From Mobula birostris (Eukaryota), in assembly GCF_030028105.1 (NCBI RefSeq), contig NC_092375.1, positions 44,119,130 to 44,183,129 on the forward strand: a stretch of 64,000 bases of DNA, given 5' to 3'. The translations under genes were made by a program, and so were the position numbers. Each line of letters starts with the position of its first letter. The first letter of the stretch is position 1. Shown piece by piece: positions 13,768 to 25,369 of this stretch. The notes below the pieces were generated by a model. It did no database searches, was not told the origin of the DNA, and saw only the letters and a program-made list of their open reading frames with translations.

Positions 13768-14400
13768 TGAATTGAATTGAATTATTTAAATGATACATCC
13801 GTCCCGCAACACAAGGGAGTAAAAATCTTCCGTCACAATGTCTAATGGCTTGTAGAAAGAAGCTGTTCCGTAGCCTGTTGGTCCTGGCTTCAATGTTGCG
13901 GTACCATTTACCAGACAGAAGCAGCTGAAACAGTTTATGGCTGGGGGTGAGTGGTGTCCCCGATTATCTTCCAAGCCTTCTTTATGCACCTACTGTTATA
14001 AATGTCCTCAATGGAGGGAAGTTCACATCCACAGATGCACTAGGCTGTCCGTACCACTCTGCAGTACCCAGCGATCAAGGTTGGTGCAGTTCCCATACCA
14101 GGCGGTGATGGAGCCAGACAGAATGCTCTCAATGGGGCCCCTGTAGAAGGTCTTGAGGATTTGGGGGCTCATGCCGAACTTTTTCAGTCGCCTGAGGTGG
14201 AAGAGACGCTGCTGTGCTTTTTTTTGCCACACAGCCAGTGTGTACATTCCAGATGAGATCATTGGTGATGTGAATACTGAGGAACTTGAAACTACTCACC
14301 CTCTCAACCACAGTCCCATTGGTATCTCCATTCCTCTTGTAATCCACAATCAGCTGTTTTGTTTTTGTTTGGTACGTCTTTTTTTCCCCTGTAAACACCT
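13768..14400 (-). mobile_element. Rex1/Babar-like LINE 3' fragment
   Basis: Minus-strand KKAQQRLFHLRRLKKFGMSPQILKTFYRGPIESILSGSITAWYGNC; short-repeat tail at ~13770. Confidence 0.8.
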
Positions 14401-14444
14401 TCAAGAAAAAGTAATCTCAAGGTAGTATTTGGTAACATATAGTA

Positions 14445-14745
14445 TGTATCAGTCCTGAAGAAGGGTCTCGGCCCAAAACATCAATTGTTTACTCTCTTCC
14501 ACAGATGCCGCCTGACCTGCTAAGTTCCTCCAGCACTTAGTGAGTGTTGCTAGGGTAACATATAGGTACTTTGATAACTTCACTTTGACTTTGATCTCTG
14601 GAAGGAGATGGACAGTTGATATTTCAGGTCAACACTTGTTATCTGGATCCTTCAATCCAATGAATGGTCTTGACTCGAAACATCGACTGTCCATTTCCCT
14701 GCACAAATACTACCTGATCCACTGTGATCCGGCAGTCTGACCATA
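14445..14745. mobile_element. Penelope-like terminal repeat remnants
   Basis: cagtcctgaagaagggtctcggcccaaaacatc...cctgacctgctaagttcctccagca, plus further direct and inverted partial copies. Confidence 0.65.
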
Positions 14746-14749
14746 CATA

Positions 14750-15840
14750 GAAGCAGAAGTCGGACATTCAACCAATTAAGTCTGCTCTGCCATTTCATCA
14801 TGACTAATTTATTATCTCTCTCAATCACATTCCCATGCCTTCTCCTCGTAACATCTGACACCTTGACTCAACCCATCTCCATTTTAAACATAATGACTTG
14901 GCCTCCATAGCCACCTGTGGCAATAGATTCCACAGATTCATTTTCCCTCTGGCTAAAGAAATTTCTCTACATCTCTGTTCTAAATGGACGTCCCTTTATT
15001 CTGAGGCTGGGACCTCTAGTCCTAGGCTCACTCACGAAAAGAAACTTCCTCTCCAATTCCACTCTAAGCCTTTCAATATTTAATAGCTTTCAATGAGATC
15101 TCCCCCTCATTCTTCTAAACTCCAGCAAGTACATGCTCCTCATATGTTAACCCTTTCATTCCCAGAATCATTCCCATGAACCTCCTCTGGAGGAGCACAT
15201 CTTTTCTTGGATAAGGGGCCCAAAACTGCTCACAATACTCAAAGACCAGTCTGACCAATGCTTTATAAAGCCTCAGGATCACATCTTTTCTCTTATATTC
15301 TAGTCCTCTCCAGATGAATGCAAACATTGTATTCGCCTTCCTTATCACCAACTCACCCTGCAAGTTAACCTTGAGGGAATCCTGCAGCACTCCCAAGTCC
15401 CACTGCACCTCTGATTTTTGAATTTTCTCCCCATTTACAAAATAGTCTACGCTTTTATTCCTTCTACCAATGTGCATGACCGTACACTATATTCCATCTA
15501 TTCTAGCAACTTTTACGTGTGTTGCTATATTCCAACTGCCACTTTTTTGCTCATTGTCCCAAACTGTCTGTCCTTCTGTAGACTCCCTACTTCCTCAACA
15601 CTATCTGCCCTTGCACTAATCTTTGTATCATCCGCAGTCTTCGCCACAAAGCCATCAATTTCATCATCCAAATTATTGCAATAACATAAAAAGAAGCAGT
15701 CCCGATACCGACCCCTGCAGAGCATCGCTAGTCACCAGCTGCCAACCAGAGTAGGCCTCCTTTCTGCCAACTCTTTGCCTCCTGCCAGTCAGCCAATCAT
15801 CTATTCATGCTAGTATCTTTCTTGTAATACCATGGACTCT
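14750..15840 (-). mobile_element. CR1 LINE ORF2/3' fragment
   Basis: Minus-strand FVAK.ADDTKI, ILRLYKALVR..EYCEQFWAPY. Confidence 0.85.
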
Positions 15841-16391
15841 TATGAGTCTGATAGTAAGTGTTCCTTATGAAAGCCAGAGCAAAACAATGATTGTAAACTG
15901 AGTTGAACATAAGAAACACTAAAAGTGATTCCAACACATTTTCACTTTTAAATCTTACATCCTGTATACTAAGCGTTTAGGAATTCTACACATGGGTATT
16001 AAGGAGGCCAAAAAACTATTAGAAGAAATTGCTTCTAAACAAAATGTCTTTGCTGCAATTGGCATTAGTGTTAAATAGGTAGTGCAAAAACAGAAATAGA
16101 AAAGTAGTGCGGTAGCGTTCGAGGGCTCAATGGCAGAGAGGACGAAGCTGTTCCCGAATCGCTGTGTGTGCGCCTTCAGGAACTGTGTGTACCTCCTTCC
16201 TGAAGGTTAACAATGAGAATCGGGCACGTTCGGAGTGGTGGGGTCCTTAATGATGGACGCCACGATATTAATTTGAATTTGAATATCCGAATTGTTCTTC
16301 GGAATTTATTTCAAAATAATTTAGAACGAGTCATCGAAGATCAGTGGCCATAAACGGACCAATTCCGAGTAATAGGAACTGCGTATAAACG

Positions 16392-16410
16392 GAGAAACGA
16401 AACTGAAAGT
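16392..16410. promoter_or_regulatory. Tandem ISRE / IRF-binding element
   Basis: GAGAAACGAAACTGAAAGT (reverse ACTTTCAGTTTCGTTTCTC) in a locally CpG-rich, non-repeat patch; TATAAA at 16384-16389. Confidence 0.6.
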
Positions 16411-16574
16411 GAGTGAGTGGAAATTTTGAAAACAATCCCCGCTTCACCCCCTACAGCCCGATCAGCGACCCTCCTATGGTATGATCATTATCGTCCGCAG
16501 TTATGTTTTGTATTTCTGTTGCGCGGTCGTATTGAAGAGTATACGGGAACTTAAAAGTGTGCAGATGGCCGTTT

Positions 16575-16830
16575 TCGACAGCATAGTGACTGCTTCGCCG
16601 CCTCAGTGACCAGGGGTGTTGTCTGCACATTCTCCCTTGTGAGTATTTCGGTTTCGTCCCACATCAATTGTAGGTTAACAGGCTACAGTATATAGGTGAG
16701 TGGCAGGAGAATCAAGACACAGGCAATAGCTGTAAATAGATAATGGGAAAATAAGAGGGGGGATGGCACTGATGGAAATGCTCTCAGAACCAGAATAGAA
16801 TTGATGGGCTGAATGGCATTATTCTGTGTG
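16575..16830 (+). mobile_element. tRNA-derived V-SINE (HE1-like), diverged
   Basis: V-domain-like cattctcccttgtg...ggtttcgtcccacat and LINE-like tail atgggctgaatggc. Confidence 0.55.
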
Positions 16831-17639
16831 GCTGTAGATATATTAAAAATACACTCGGAGGAAAAAATGTCTGGTAGCAGCTGTAGGAAGAAACAGTTAA
16901 TGTTTCAGGGCAATTAATTTTATCAGAACCAGGAAAAAAGTTGAAAGATAAAGCAAGGTGCAAAGAAAGGAATAGAAGAGGAAACAGGATTAATAATAAT
17001 TGTGTTCGAAAAGCATGAACACGTGTGGCTGTGGCTTTTTGTGCTTGTACTGAGAGATTCCCCACAGTCCCTCAGGAAGGATCTCTGCTGGGGTAGTTCC
17101 AAAATACTTGCATAGTGATTAGGCACAATGCCTGGAGTTCAATTGCTGCAGCTCAGCTGCCAATATTGGGAACATTATGTCAGCTGTTGGACAGCCTGTA
17201 CTAGCATTGTACATGATAACCATATTTAAAAATAGGGCCAATGGTCCAATAAGAGGCAATTGGTAACCTATCTTTTTTATTCTCTTTTGTCTTTTCTTTC
17301 TTTTAACTGTTCATTCCTCCCTTTTTATACATATTCCTTGCTCATTCATGTTTATCCTCCCTTCTGCCTTTATCCTCCTCCCTCCCTCATCCTCCTTCAT
17401 CCACTCCACCCTCATTCTACCACCCACTTCCATCCTCCATCTTACCTTACTTTCCCAATTTCTTCCCTTTACTCCTTCCACCTCTCAATCTCTACCTCAC
17501 TCTAACCTCTCTCCCTCTCCACCATTTCATTTCTCCTCTCCTCTATCAGCAACAGCCATAGGCAATTTGGAAAACTTATCAATACACTGTTATTGGCAAA
17601 CATCTTTCTCCCCTTTTCACTGATCTATTTGAAGAGACT

Positions 17640-18050
17640 ACCAATAACATCACTGTTGGCAACACCATTGCTGTTGGCAGAACCTCAGATGAAGCTCAGG
17701 AGGTGTACAGGAGCAAGATAGATTGGCTGGTTTAGTGGTGAAATCACCCTACATCAGCAAGACCAAGGAATTGCTTGTGGACCTCAAGAAGGGTAAGTTG
17801 GGGGAATACACATCAGTCCTCATTGAGGGGTCAGCAATGGAAATGAAGAGCAGCTTCAGTTTCCTGGGCATCAACATCTCAGAGCATCTGTCCTTGACCC
17901 AACACATTGATGCAATCATGAAGAAGGAAATCATGAGTGGCTATTCTTCATTGGGAGTTTGGGGAGATTTGGTATGTAATGTGAGCAAGTTTCTTCAAAC
18001 GTACATTGGAGTGCATTCTGACTGGTTGCATCAACGCCTGGTATAGAGGC
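17640..18050 (+). mobile_element. Rex1/Babar-like LINE fragment
   Basis: SKTKELLVDLKKG..FSFLGINISEHLSLTQHIDAIMKK; flanked by CT-rich tracts at 17330-17560 and 18050-18330. Confidence 0.7.
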
Positions 18051-19949
18051 TTTGTTCCTACTTCCCTCCTCCCACCTTTCTCCATTGCTGTGTTATCTCT
18101 GCCTTCTTAAGCCCATATCCTCTCACCTCCTCCTTCTGTTTCACCTTCTCCTGTACACCCTCCTGTTTCTCCCTTTCTGCTCTCCATCTCCATCACCATC
18201 ACCTTCTCCCTTCACCTCGACCACCCTCTTCCCTTTGCTCCCACTATTTGCTGCTGAAAAATCTACTAAAACTCTCTCCCTCCTCCCAACCCCTCTTTTC
18301 TTTCTCCCATGTGCCTTCACATTCCTCTAATCCTGTATCAACAGATGTCAAAAGTTAGGTTGGTTTAGCCAGTTGTCAAAGATGTTCTGCTCAGAATTTG
18401 ATGTCAGTGAAGTTTGCAGACCTTTCTTTTACTTTCTTTAAACTTTTTCACTCTCTTCTTTCCTTCCATCCATATCCTTCTTCAGCCTTTCCTGCAATCA
18501 TCTTTCCTCTCCATTCACTACACTTAGCTCTTCTATCAGTCAGGATTTCAAAGATGTTGACCAGGCAAATGAAAAAGAATGGACATCAAAGTCAGAATGA
18601 CATGACTTAAAGAAAAATTTGCAAGAGTTGTGCTTCTTACAGTATATCTTTGTTGCCCTTGTGTTTCGAATAGAAACTGTAAGCATATGCGATACTGCTG
18701 AAGAAAGCTTAACAAATAGCTGCAATGCATTCTATAGCTGCAGAGTGCAAACAGTCAGGCACACATGTCGTAGACCTTGTTCACTATCAAATCTTGAAAC
18801 AGAAAGCTAAATGTTTGTTGACCTATTGAAATGTGGTTGTTAAACATCTTTTACCAATTTTGTTTCAATCTCCTGGGACATATGTTTAATAAATACAAGA
18901 AAAACTCAGGCTTCACACATTTTGTCACAATAATCAGTAGTATAATCCAAAAGAAGAACTGATGAAATTTGTATGTATATTAATGTAATTAAATGTATTT
19001 TTTTCTTTTGTCACACTATCATAAGTGCATTTAAAAATTGGTGTCTAACTAAGGAATTCGACAATTTTGGAATATCATTTAAACGTTTATTGAATATATA
19101 AGACTCTGCATTTCCTTTAATTACTAATAATCTGAAAGCAAGAATAATTTCTATTAAGCATGATATATGTACAACAGCTTTAAAAGCAGCCTTTCTCTTG
19201 CTGAGAATGTTCCAGAAAAAAACCATCACAGAAGATCAGCTCCATGTGGTTCCAGGTTAGTTAAATGATACGGGTACCATGGTTTCCAGCAAATTTGCCT
19301 TCTGGAACTGAAGGTGAAAGGAAAATCATTATTTATAATATCAATTAACATTTTCTCCACAAGTACAACCACATTACAAGTTTTTAAAATTGTTTTTTTT
19401 CAACTACAGTTAATTTTACAGTTCCTAAATCCTTGAAGAAAAAGCAATGGAAATTGCAAGGTTTGGTTCCAGTCTCTCAGTGGTGAAAAGAGATATCATT
19501 GGTTGCCTATTCTGTTTAAAACAACTCTGAATATTCAGCATGTTTACCCACCAATCCACTTCTCTTCCTTTCCCAGTTCCTCCCCATAAGGTAACTACCT
19601 AATAATAGCTCTAAGGTGAGAGGGGCAAGTTTAAAGGATATTTACAAGGCAAGTCTTTTATACAGTTAGGTGCATGCACTGTGGGTAAATGGTGGAAGAG
19701 TTATAAGGTGCCTTGACAGGTACATGAACAGGCAGGTCATTTAAAGATGCTGACCATGTGCAGACGATCCATATTGGCATCACAATTAGCACATTGCTTG
19801 TTCCTATGTTCTGGAGTTTTAAATGGAACACTCATGAAAGTACTAATTACTTGACATTCCATTATGTGATCTTTGCCCATGTCTTGTACATGTTTTTGTC
19901 TTAGTTAATGGTTTCTTGTATCCTTATAGGTACAGGATCTCTCTGCTCC

Positions 19950-20038
19950 CTATGCCGATACCACCGATGCAGTGATAACGAAGCACAGAGCCCAGATATT
20001 CTGATGTTTTGTCATTCTTTGTCCCAAATCAAATTCAC
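19950..20038 (-). CDS. Candidate hydrophobic exon (signal peptide, or C-terminal anchor) of a B7-family gene
   Basis: After ggcttttactacacAG (20040-20039): GEFDLGQR-MTKHQNIWALCFVITASV-VSA*. ATG at 20015 has A at -3; weak phase-0 donor GTG|GTATCG at 19961. Confidence 0.35.
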
Positions 20039-20124
20039 CTGTGTAGTAAAAGCCATCATATGCCCTATTTCTCTACAACTGATTTTGTTTTAATAGAAGT
20101 CCCCAGCTTCAGATTCCCAGCAAT

Positions 20125-20760
20125 CAAAAGAGCAAAATACTGCAGATGCTGAAAAAAAAAATCAAAATATAAAAAAGTGTTAGAAATGTTCAGAACAGGC
20201 ATCATCTTTGAAATTGGGAAAAGTTTGTTCTGTTTCTTAAAGAAGTATGCAAAAGAGGAAAGGGAAGAAAGCTATTGTGATAGGTTAGAAGGCGGGAGAG
20301 GAGTACATGCTGAAAGAAATGAAGAAACGAGGAGGTACAAGGTAACAGGTATGATATTCCAGGGGACACAATTGTTGATGCTGGAACTCTGAAAATGGAA
20401 GGTGCTGGAAACACTCAGTCCCAGAAATTATTAAATCAGATTAAAACTGGAAGGAATATATAGCAATTGGAGGATGAGGTTCTCTTTCTTGACCTTGCTT
20501 TGAGATTCAATTAACAGTACAGTACACAAGGGCATAGGTGTCCAAGTAGGAATGGAATGGAAAATTAGGATGACAGACTGGGATTTTGGGATTGTGTATG
20601 CAGGGTGAATGGGGTGTTGTTTAAAGCAGCTACAAAATCAGAAGTTGGCCTTCTCAATATTAGAGAGGGCTGAATCATGAGCAAATATTGAATTTTTAAA
20701 TTGAAAATGCAAGCAAGTCGCTGCCTCACCTGGAAAAAGTATGTATGGTATGTCTGAAGC
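20125..20760 (-). mobile_element. Penelope-like element remnant
   Basis: Starts with the family terminal motif aatactgcagatgctg; purine-rich antisense body. Confidence 0.55.
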
Positions 20761-21494
20761 TTGAGATGGTAGGTGTTGTAGTGCCTGCAGTTGTTTTAGT
20801 AATTGCTGAAAATGAAAGAGTAAAGCAGAGCTTCTTAGATAGGAAAAAAAACTCTTGATAATGATAAAGTAGAGGATAAAAAAGTATAGCTTTTGGTAAC
20901 AATTTTGGAATTACTGGAAAGAACTAGTAGATGATCCATAGAAGACTGATAAAATGGAAAGTGAGGACAAAACTAACTGTATTGTAGGTCTGGAAAGCAG
21001 GAGTCTGGGTGAGATAAATATGCTCTGTTAACCATGATGGACAAGACTGAGAAAATAAAACACAAAACATCTTTTAAAATTAATTTTCTGGATCGGGATC
21101 TCGCAGTTTTTGGTGTCATGCCCAGTTACTCTGGGGAAGACTATAGTAGCCTACCTCCTTGAACTTGTGCGGTGGTTTTAGTAAAGGTTTTCTGCGAGTG
21201 CTATTGTATGGGCATATATACCTAGCATTGATAAAGTACCAGCGATATATTTTCAAGATAGGACAGTATGTCATTTTTCTATGCAGATCATGGACATGGT
21301 ATGCATCTACTGTTCTTGTTCTTCTTGGTAGCAGAGGTCATTGGTTTGGGAGCTGTTGTGAGAGCTGCAAGTTAGATATGTGGACTGGTATACATTGTGT
21401 AAGAATGAGGAGGGAATGAATACATGGGATCAAAAAGAGTGCCTATCAAATGGGCTGCTTTGTCTGAGTTTCTTGCGTGTTGTTGGATTGGAAA

Positions 21495-21885
21495 CAAAAG
21501 TCAAGGAAGCCTGGCCTGCTGAGTTCTTCTAGCATTTTGTATGCTTGTCTGTTACTCTGGATTTCCAGCATCCACAGAATCTCTTCTGTGTTTGATTTGC
21601 TGTTTCATTGCGAAGTCTCTTCGGGGTATGCTTCCCCTGAAGGAATTTAAATCTTCTCTTCGACAGGAATTTGGTGAGACCCTCTCTCACTGCTCCCCCT
21701 TTATCTGTGCTGCTCTCTAACTCTTTGCCCCTTCCATCTTGTACTCCTTCTCCTCGCCCCACCTTCTTCCCCCTTCCTTTCCAGGCCCGATGAAGGGTTT
21801 CAGCTCACAGCTTCAACTCTTTATTCCTCCCCATAGATGCTGCCTGACCAGTTGAATTCCTCCAGCGTTTTGTGTGTGTTACACA
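21495..21885. mobile_element. Penelope-like terminal repeat remnants
   Basis: cctgctgagttcttctagca, ggatttccagcatccacaga, cccgatgaagggtttcagc, gatgctgcctgacc. Confidence 0.6.
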
Positions 21886-22539
21886 GCAATGTAAAGTTTC
21901 ATAAGAAATTTGATAAGCTGCTTGTTAAGCAGTTAGCACTCATTGGTTGTAGTGTGTGTGGGGGGTGGATAGCATAGGCAAGAATAATTTAAGCATGAAT
22001 TGTGGAACAATTGCTTGACAGAATGCAGAATCGCTGTTTGGGTTTACATTACCAATAGGTTGCAGCAAGGATTTGTCCTTGACTTCATAGAAAAAAACAG
22101 CTTCAACTATTTACTAGCAGATTAAATGAAGGCAGGTGATATTTATAAGTTTACTGGTGAAAGAAAGTTAAATGGAAAATTAACTCTGAGGATGCAGATG
22201 CTGTAAGTGGTATTGATTAATTAAGTAAGGAGGTAACATCAAAGTGCCAGAAGTAGTTAGCCAAAATCACCGAACAGTCCAACACAGTTAACATTTCAGG
22301 CCATTGTCCTTCATCTTTTTAAGTGCAGCTAAGTGTGGAGAAATACAGAAATATCCACTTTGATAGGAAAAATAAGAAGCAGTTTACTTTGAAGTGATGA
22401 GAGGCTTTCATGAACAAAAAGGCTCAGCAGAGGATGTACTTCTTGCAAAAGATGATAAAACTACACCTTCACAATAAAGTATAAAGTACAACATTCTGCA
22501 CTGTCACAACAGAGAATATCCTCACGTCAGCTATAAATT

Positions 22540-23045
22540 TCTGGTTGGTTCATCATTCTCTCACAATATATGAAAACTACAGCGAACTGTCAGGTCAGCT
22601 GAAAAGGTCAGTGATTGTCTACGATCACTGCAGGACTTGTATGTGGCCAAAGCAAGGAAGTAGATAAGAAAAATTATTGCAGACACTACCCACCCACAAA
22701 ATGCCTTTTCCAAAACTCCCTTCCACAGAGCTCTTTAGCTCAATTTTTTTGAGAAAAAACACATTTTAAAAGTTTTTCCACCAAGAATTCAATCTGTTAA
22801 GCTATTCTATTTAGCCACCCCATGCCCCCTCTATTTATTACCTCAGTCATTGCACTGTAAACACTTTAAGCCACCTTTTATAGAGCTGTTTACTTTGTAA
22901 ATACATGCTGGTATTGTGTATCTATGCACATTTTATTCCATATCTGTAACCTCTATGTTTATTTTTTTATAATTCTTTATTTCTGTAATGGTTGAATGTT
23001 CTTGTGTTTTGTTGCATGTCATGCCAATACACCACAACAAATTCC
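22540..23045 (+). mobile_element. Rex1/Babar-like LINE 3' fragment
   Basis: Degenerate C-terminal coding remnant (..DTTHP..LF..LPS..) followed by an AT-rich 3' UTR. Confidence 0.55.
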
Positions 23046-24450
23046 TAATGCAAAATACTGGAGATGGTCAAGCAACAACTATGGAAATGAATAAACAGTA
23101 GGTATTCCAGGCCGAGAATCTTCTTCCAGACTGGAAAGTAAGGGGGGGCGATGCCTGAATAAAATGGTAGGGGGAGGGAGAAGAAGGATTAAGCTGGAAG
23201 GTATAGGTGAAGCCAAATGAATGGGAACAATAAAGAGCTGGAGAAGAAGGAATCTGACAGGAGAGGAGAATGGACTATGGGAGAAAGAGAAAAAGGAGGG
23301 GCATCGGGGGGAGATGATATACAGGTGAGGAGAAGAGGTAAGAGGCCAGAGTAAGGAATAGGAGAAGAGGGAAGGGGGAGGTGAAATTTTACTGTAAGGA
23401 GAAATTGATGGTCATGCCATCCTAGATGGAATATGAGGTGTGCTCCTCCACCCTGAGGGTGGTCTCATCATGGCAAAATGAGGAAGCCATGCACTGACAT
23501 GTCAGAATGGGAATAGGGATAGAAATTAAAATGGTTGGCCACCGGGAAATTCCAATTTTAGCAGATAGAGTGGAGGTGCTTGACAAAGCGTTCCCCCAAT
23601 TTATCTCGGGTTTCAGCAATGTAGAGGAGGCCGCATCAGGAGCACTGTATACAATAGATGACCCCAGCAGGATGGATGGGGGAGGAAGGGAGCAATACAG
23701 ATATGTTAGGTGGTAGGATCCTATTGAAGATGGTGGAAATTTTGGAGAATGATGTGTTGAATACGGAGGCTCATGAGGTAGTAGTTGAGGACAAGAGGCA
23801 CTTAATCCCTGTTAAGGTGGTGGGAAGATGGAGCGAGTGTGGATGTACAGGAAATGGAGATGTAGGTGAAGGTAGCATCAATGGTGGAAGAAGGGAAACC
23901 TTGCTCTTTGAAAAAGAGAACATCTCAAGAGTTACTCTTGTCTTCATCCCATGAGACTCCGCATCCAAGACGTCATTCTCCACATATTCCACCATCTTCA
24001 ACCAGCAAACCAAAACAGATCTTTATCTCTCCTCATTCTCCACTCTTCACAGGGAGCATCCTTTCGTCCCTCTCCACTAAGTTCCCTCTTAGCACATGTC
24101 CCTGCAAATGACAAATGTTACACCTGTCCATTCACCTCATCCCATACCTCTATTCAGGTCCCCAAGCAGTTCCTTTGGGCGAGGCAACACTTCACCCGTG
24201 AATCTGTTGAGGTCATCTATATTATCCAAAGTTCACCTAGCACATTCTAGCCAATCCTCCTTACCTTCCCCCCCACTTTCTTATTCTGATAATCTTCCCC
24301 CCCACATCCAGTCCTGCAATAGAGTCTCAGCCCGAAATGTTGACTGTTTATTCATTTCCATTGAAGCTACCTGACCTGCTGTGTTTCTCCAGCATTTTGT
24401 GGGTGCTGCTCCAGATTTCCAGGATCTGCAGAATCTTTTGTATTTATAAA
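23045..24450. mobile_element. Penelope-like element with GIY-YIG remnants in both orientations
   Basis: Plus-strand CYTCPFTS..QVPKQFLWARQHFTRESVEVIY at ~24110-24240; inverted purine-rich part at 23050-23950; terminal repeats at both ends. Confidence 0.7.
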
Positions 24451-24829
24451 TTCCTAATACATGTAAACGTATATGGAGAATAAAGTTGAAGCTCAATCCT
24501 TGATTGGTTAGTCTACTATTTGAAAGGCTAGTTAGTCTACTTTTCAGAAGTATTTGGGGAGCCTTTGTATTTGATATAAAGAAATGTAACTTTTAGGAGT
24601 GAAAACTTCGCAATATACAAGCACAAATTTCAAAACCTTGCAAGACATACCTCTGTTTTGGGTTTAGAAGAATTTCTCAACACAAATGAAATAACACAAG
24701 AGCAGGACAAATAAACTGTAGCGGAGGATTGTCAATAAGTAATGCAAATTGGTTCCTATTTCTGGAATACAATAGATAAATGATCAGTCAGCATGTTTAG
24801 TATTTTGACATTCCATGTTGTTACAACCT

Positions 24830-25357
24830 ACACTCAGAAGCCACTCCATTAGGTGCACGTACACTTGCACATTAATGCAAATATCTAATCAGCCAATCGT
24901 GTGGCAGCAACTCAATGAATAAAAGCAGACATACATGGCCAAGAGATTCAGTTGTTGTTCAGACTAAACATCAGAAGGGGAAAGAAATGTGACTTTGACC
25001 CTGTTGATGCGAGACGGGGTAGTTTGGGTATTTCAGAAACTGCTGGTCTGCTGGGATTTTCACACACAAGTCTCTAGAGTTTACAAAGAATGGTGAAAAG
25101 GAGAATCCAGCGAGTGGCAGTTCTGTGAGTAAAAATGCCTTCTTAATGAGAGAGTTCAGAGGAGGATGGCTAGACTGGTTCAAGCTGACGGGGTGGTGAC
25201 AGTAATTCAGATAACCACACGTTATAACAGTGGGGTGCAGGAGAGCATCCCTGAATACACAACATGTCAAACCTTGAGGTGGAGGAGACCAGGAACATAA
25301 ACTCAGTGACAACTTTATTAGGTACAAGAGGTACATAATGATGTGACCACTGAGTGT
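24830..25357 (+). mobile_element. Tc1-like non-autonomous DNA transposon
   Basis: Termini tacactcag..ccact..attaggt / gtgaccactgagtgta; internal HTH-transposase remnant. Confidence 0.7.
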
Positions 25358-25369
25358 ACAGTCAGCCTT

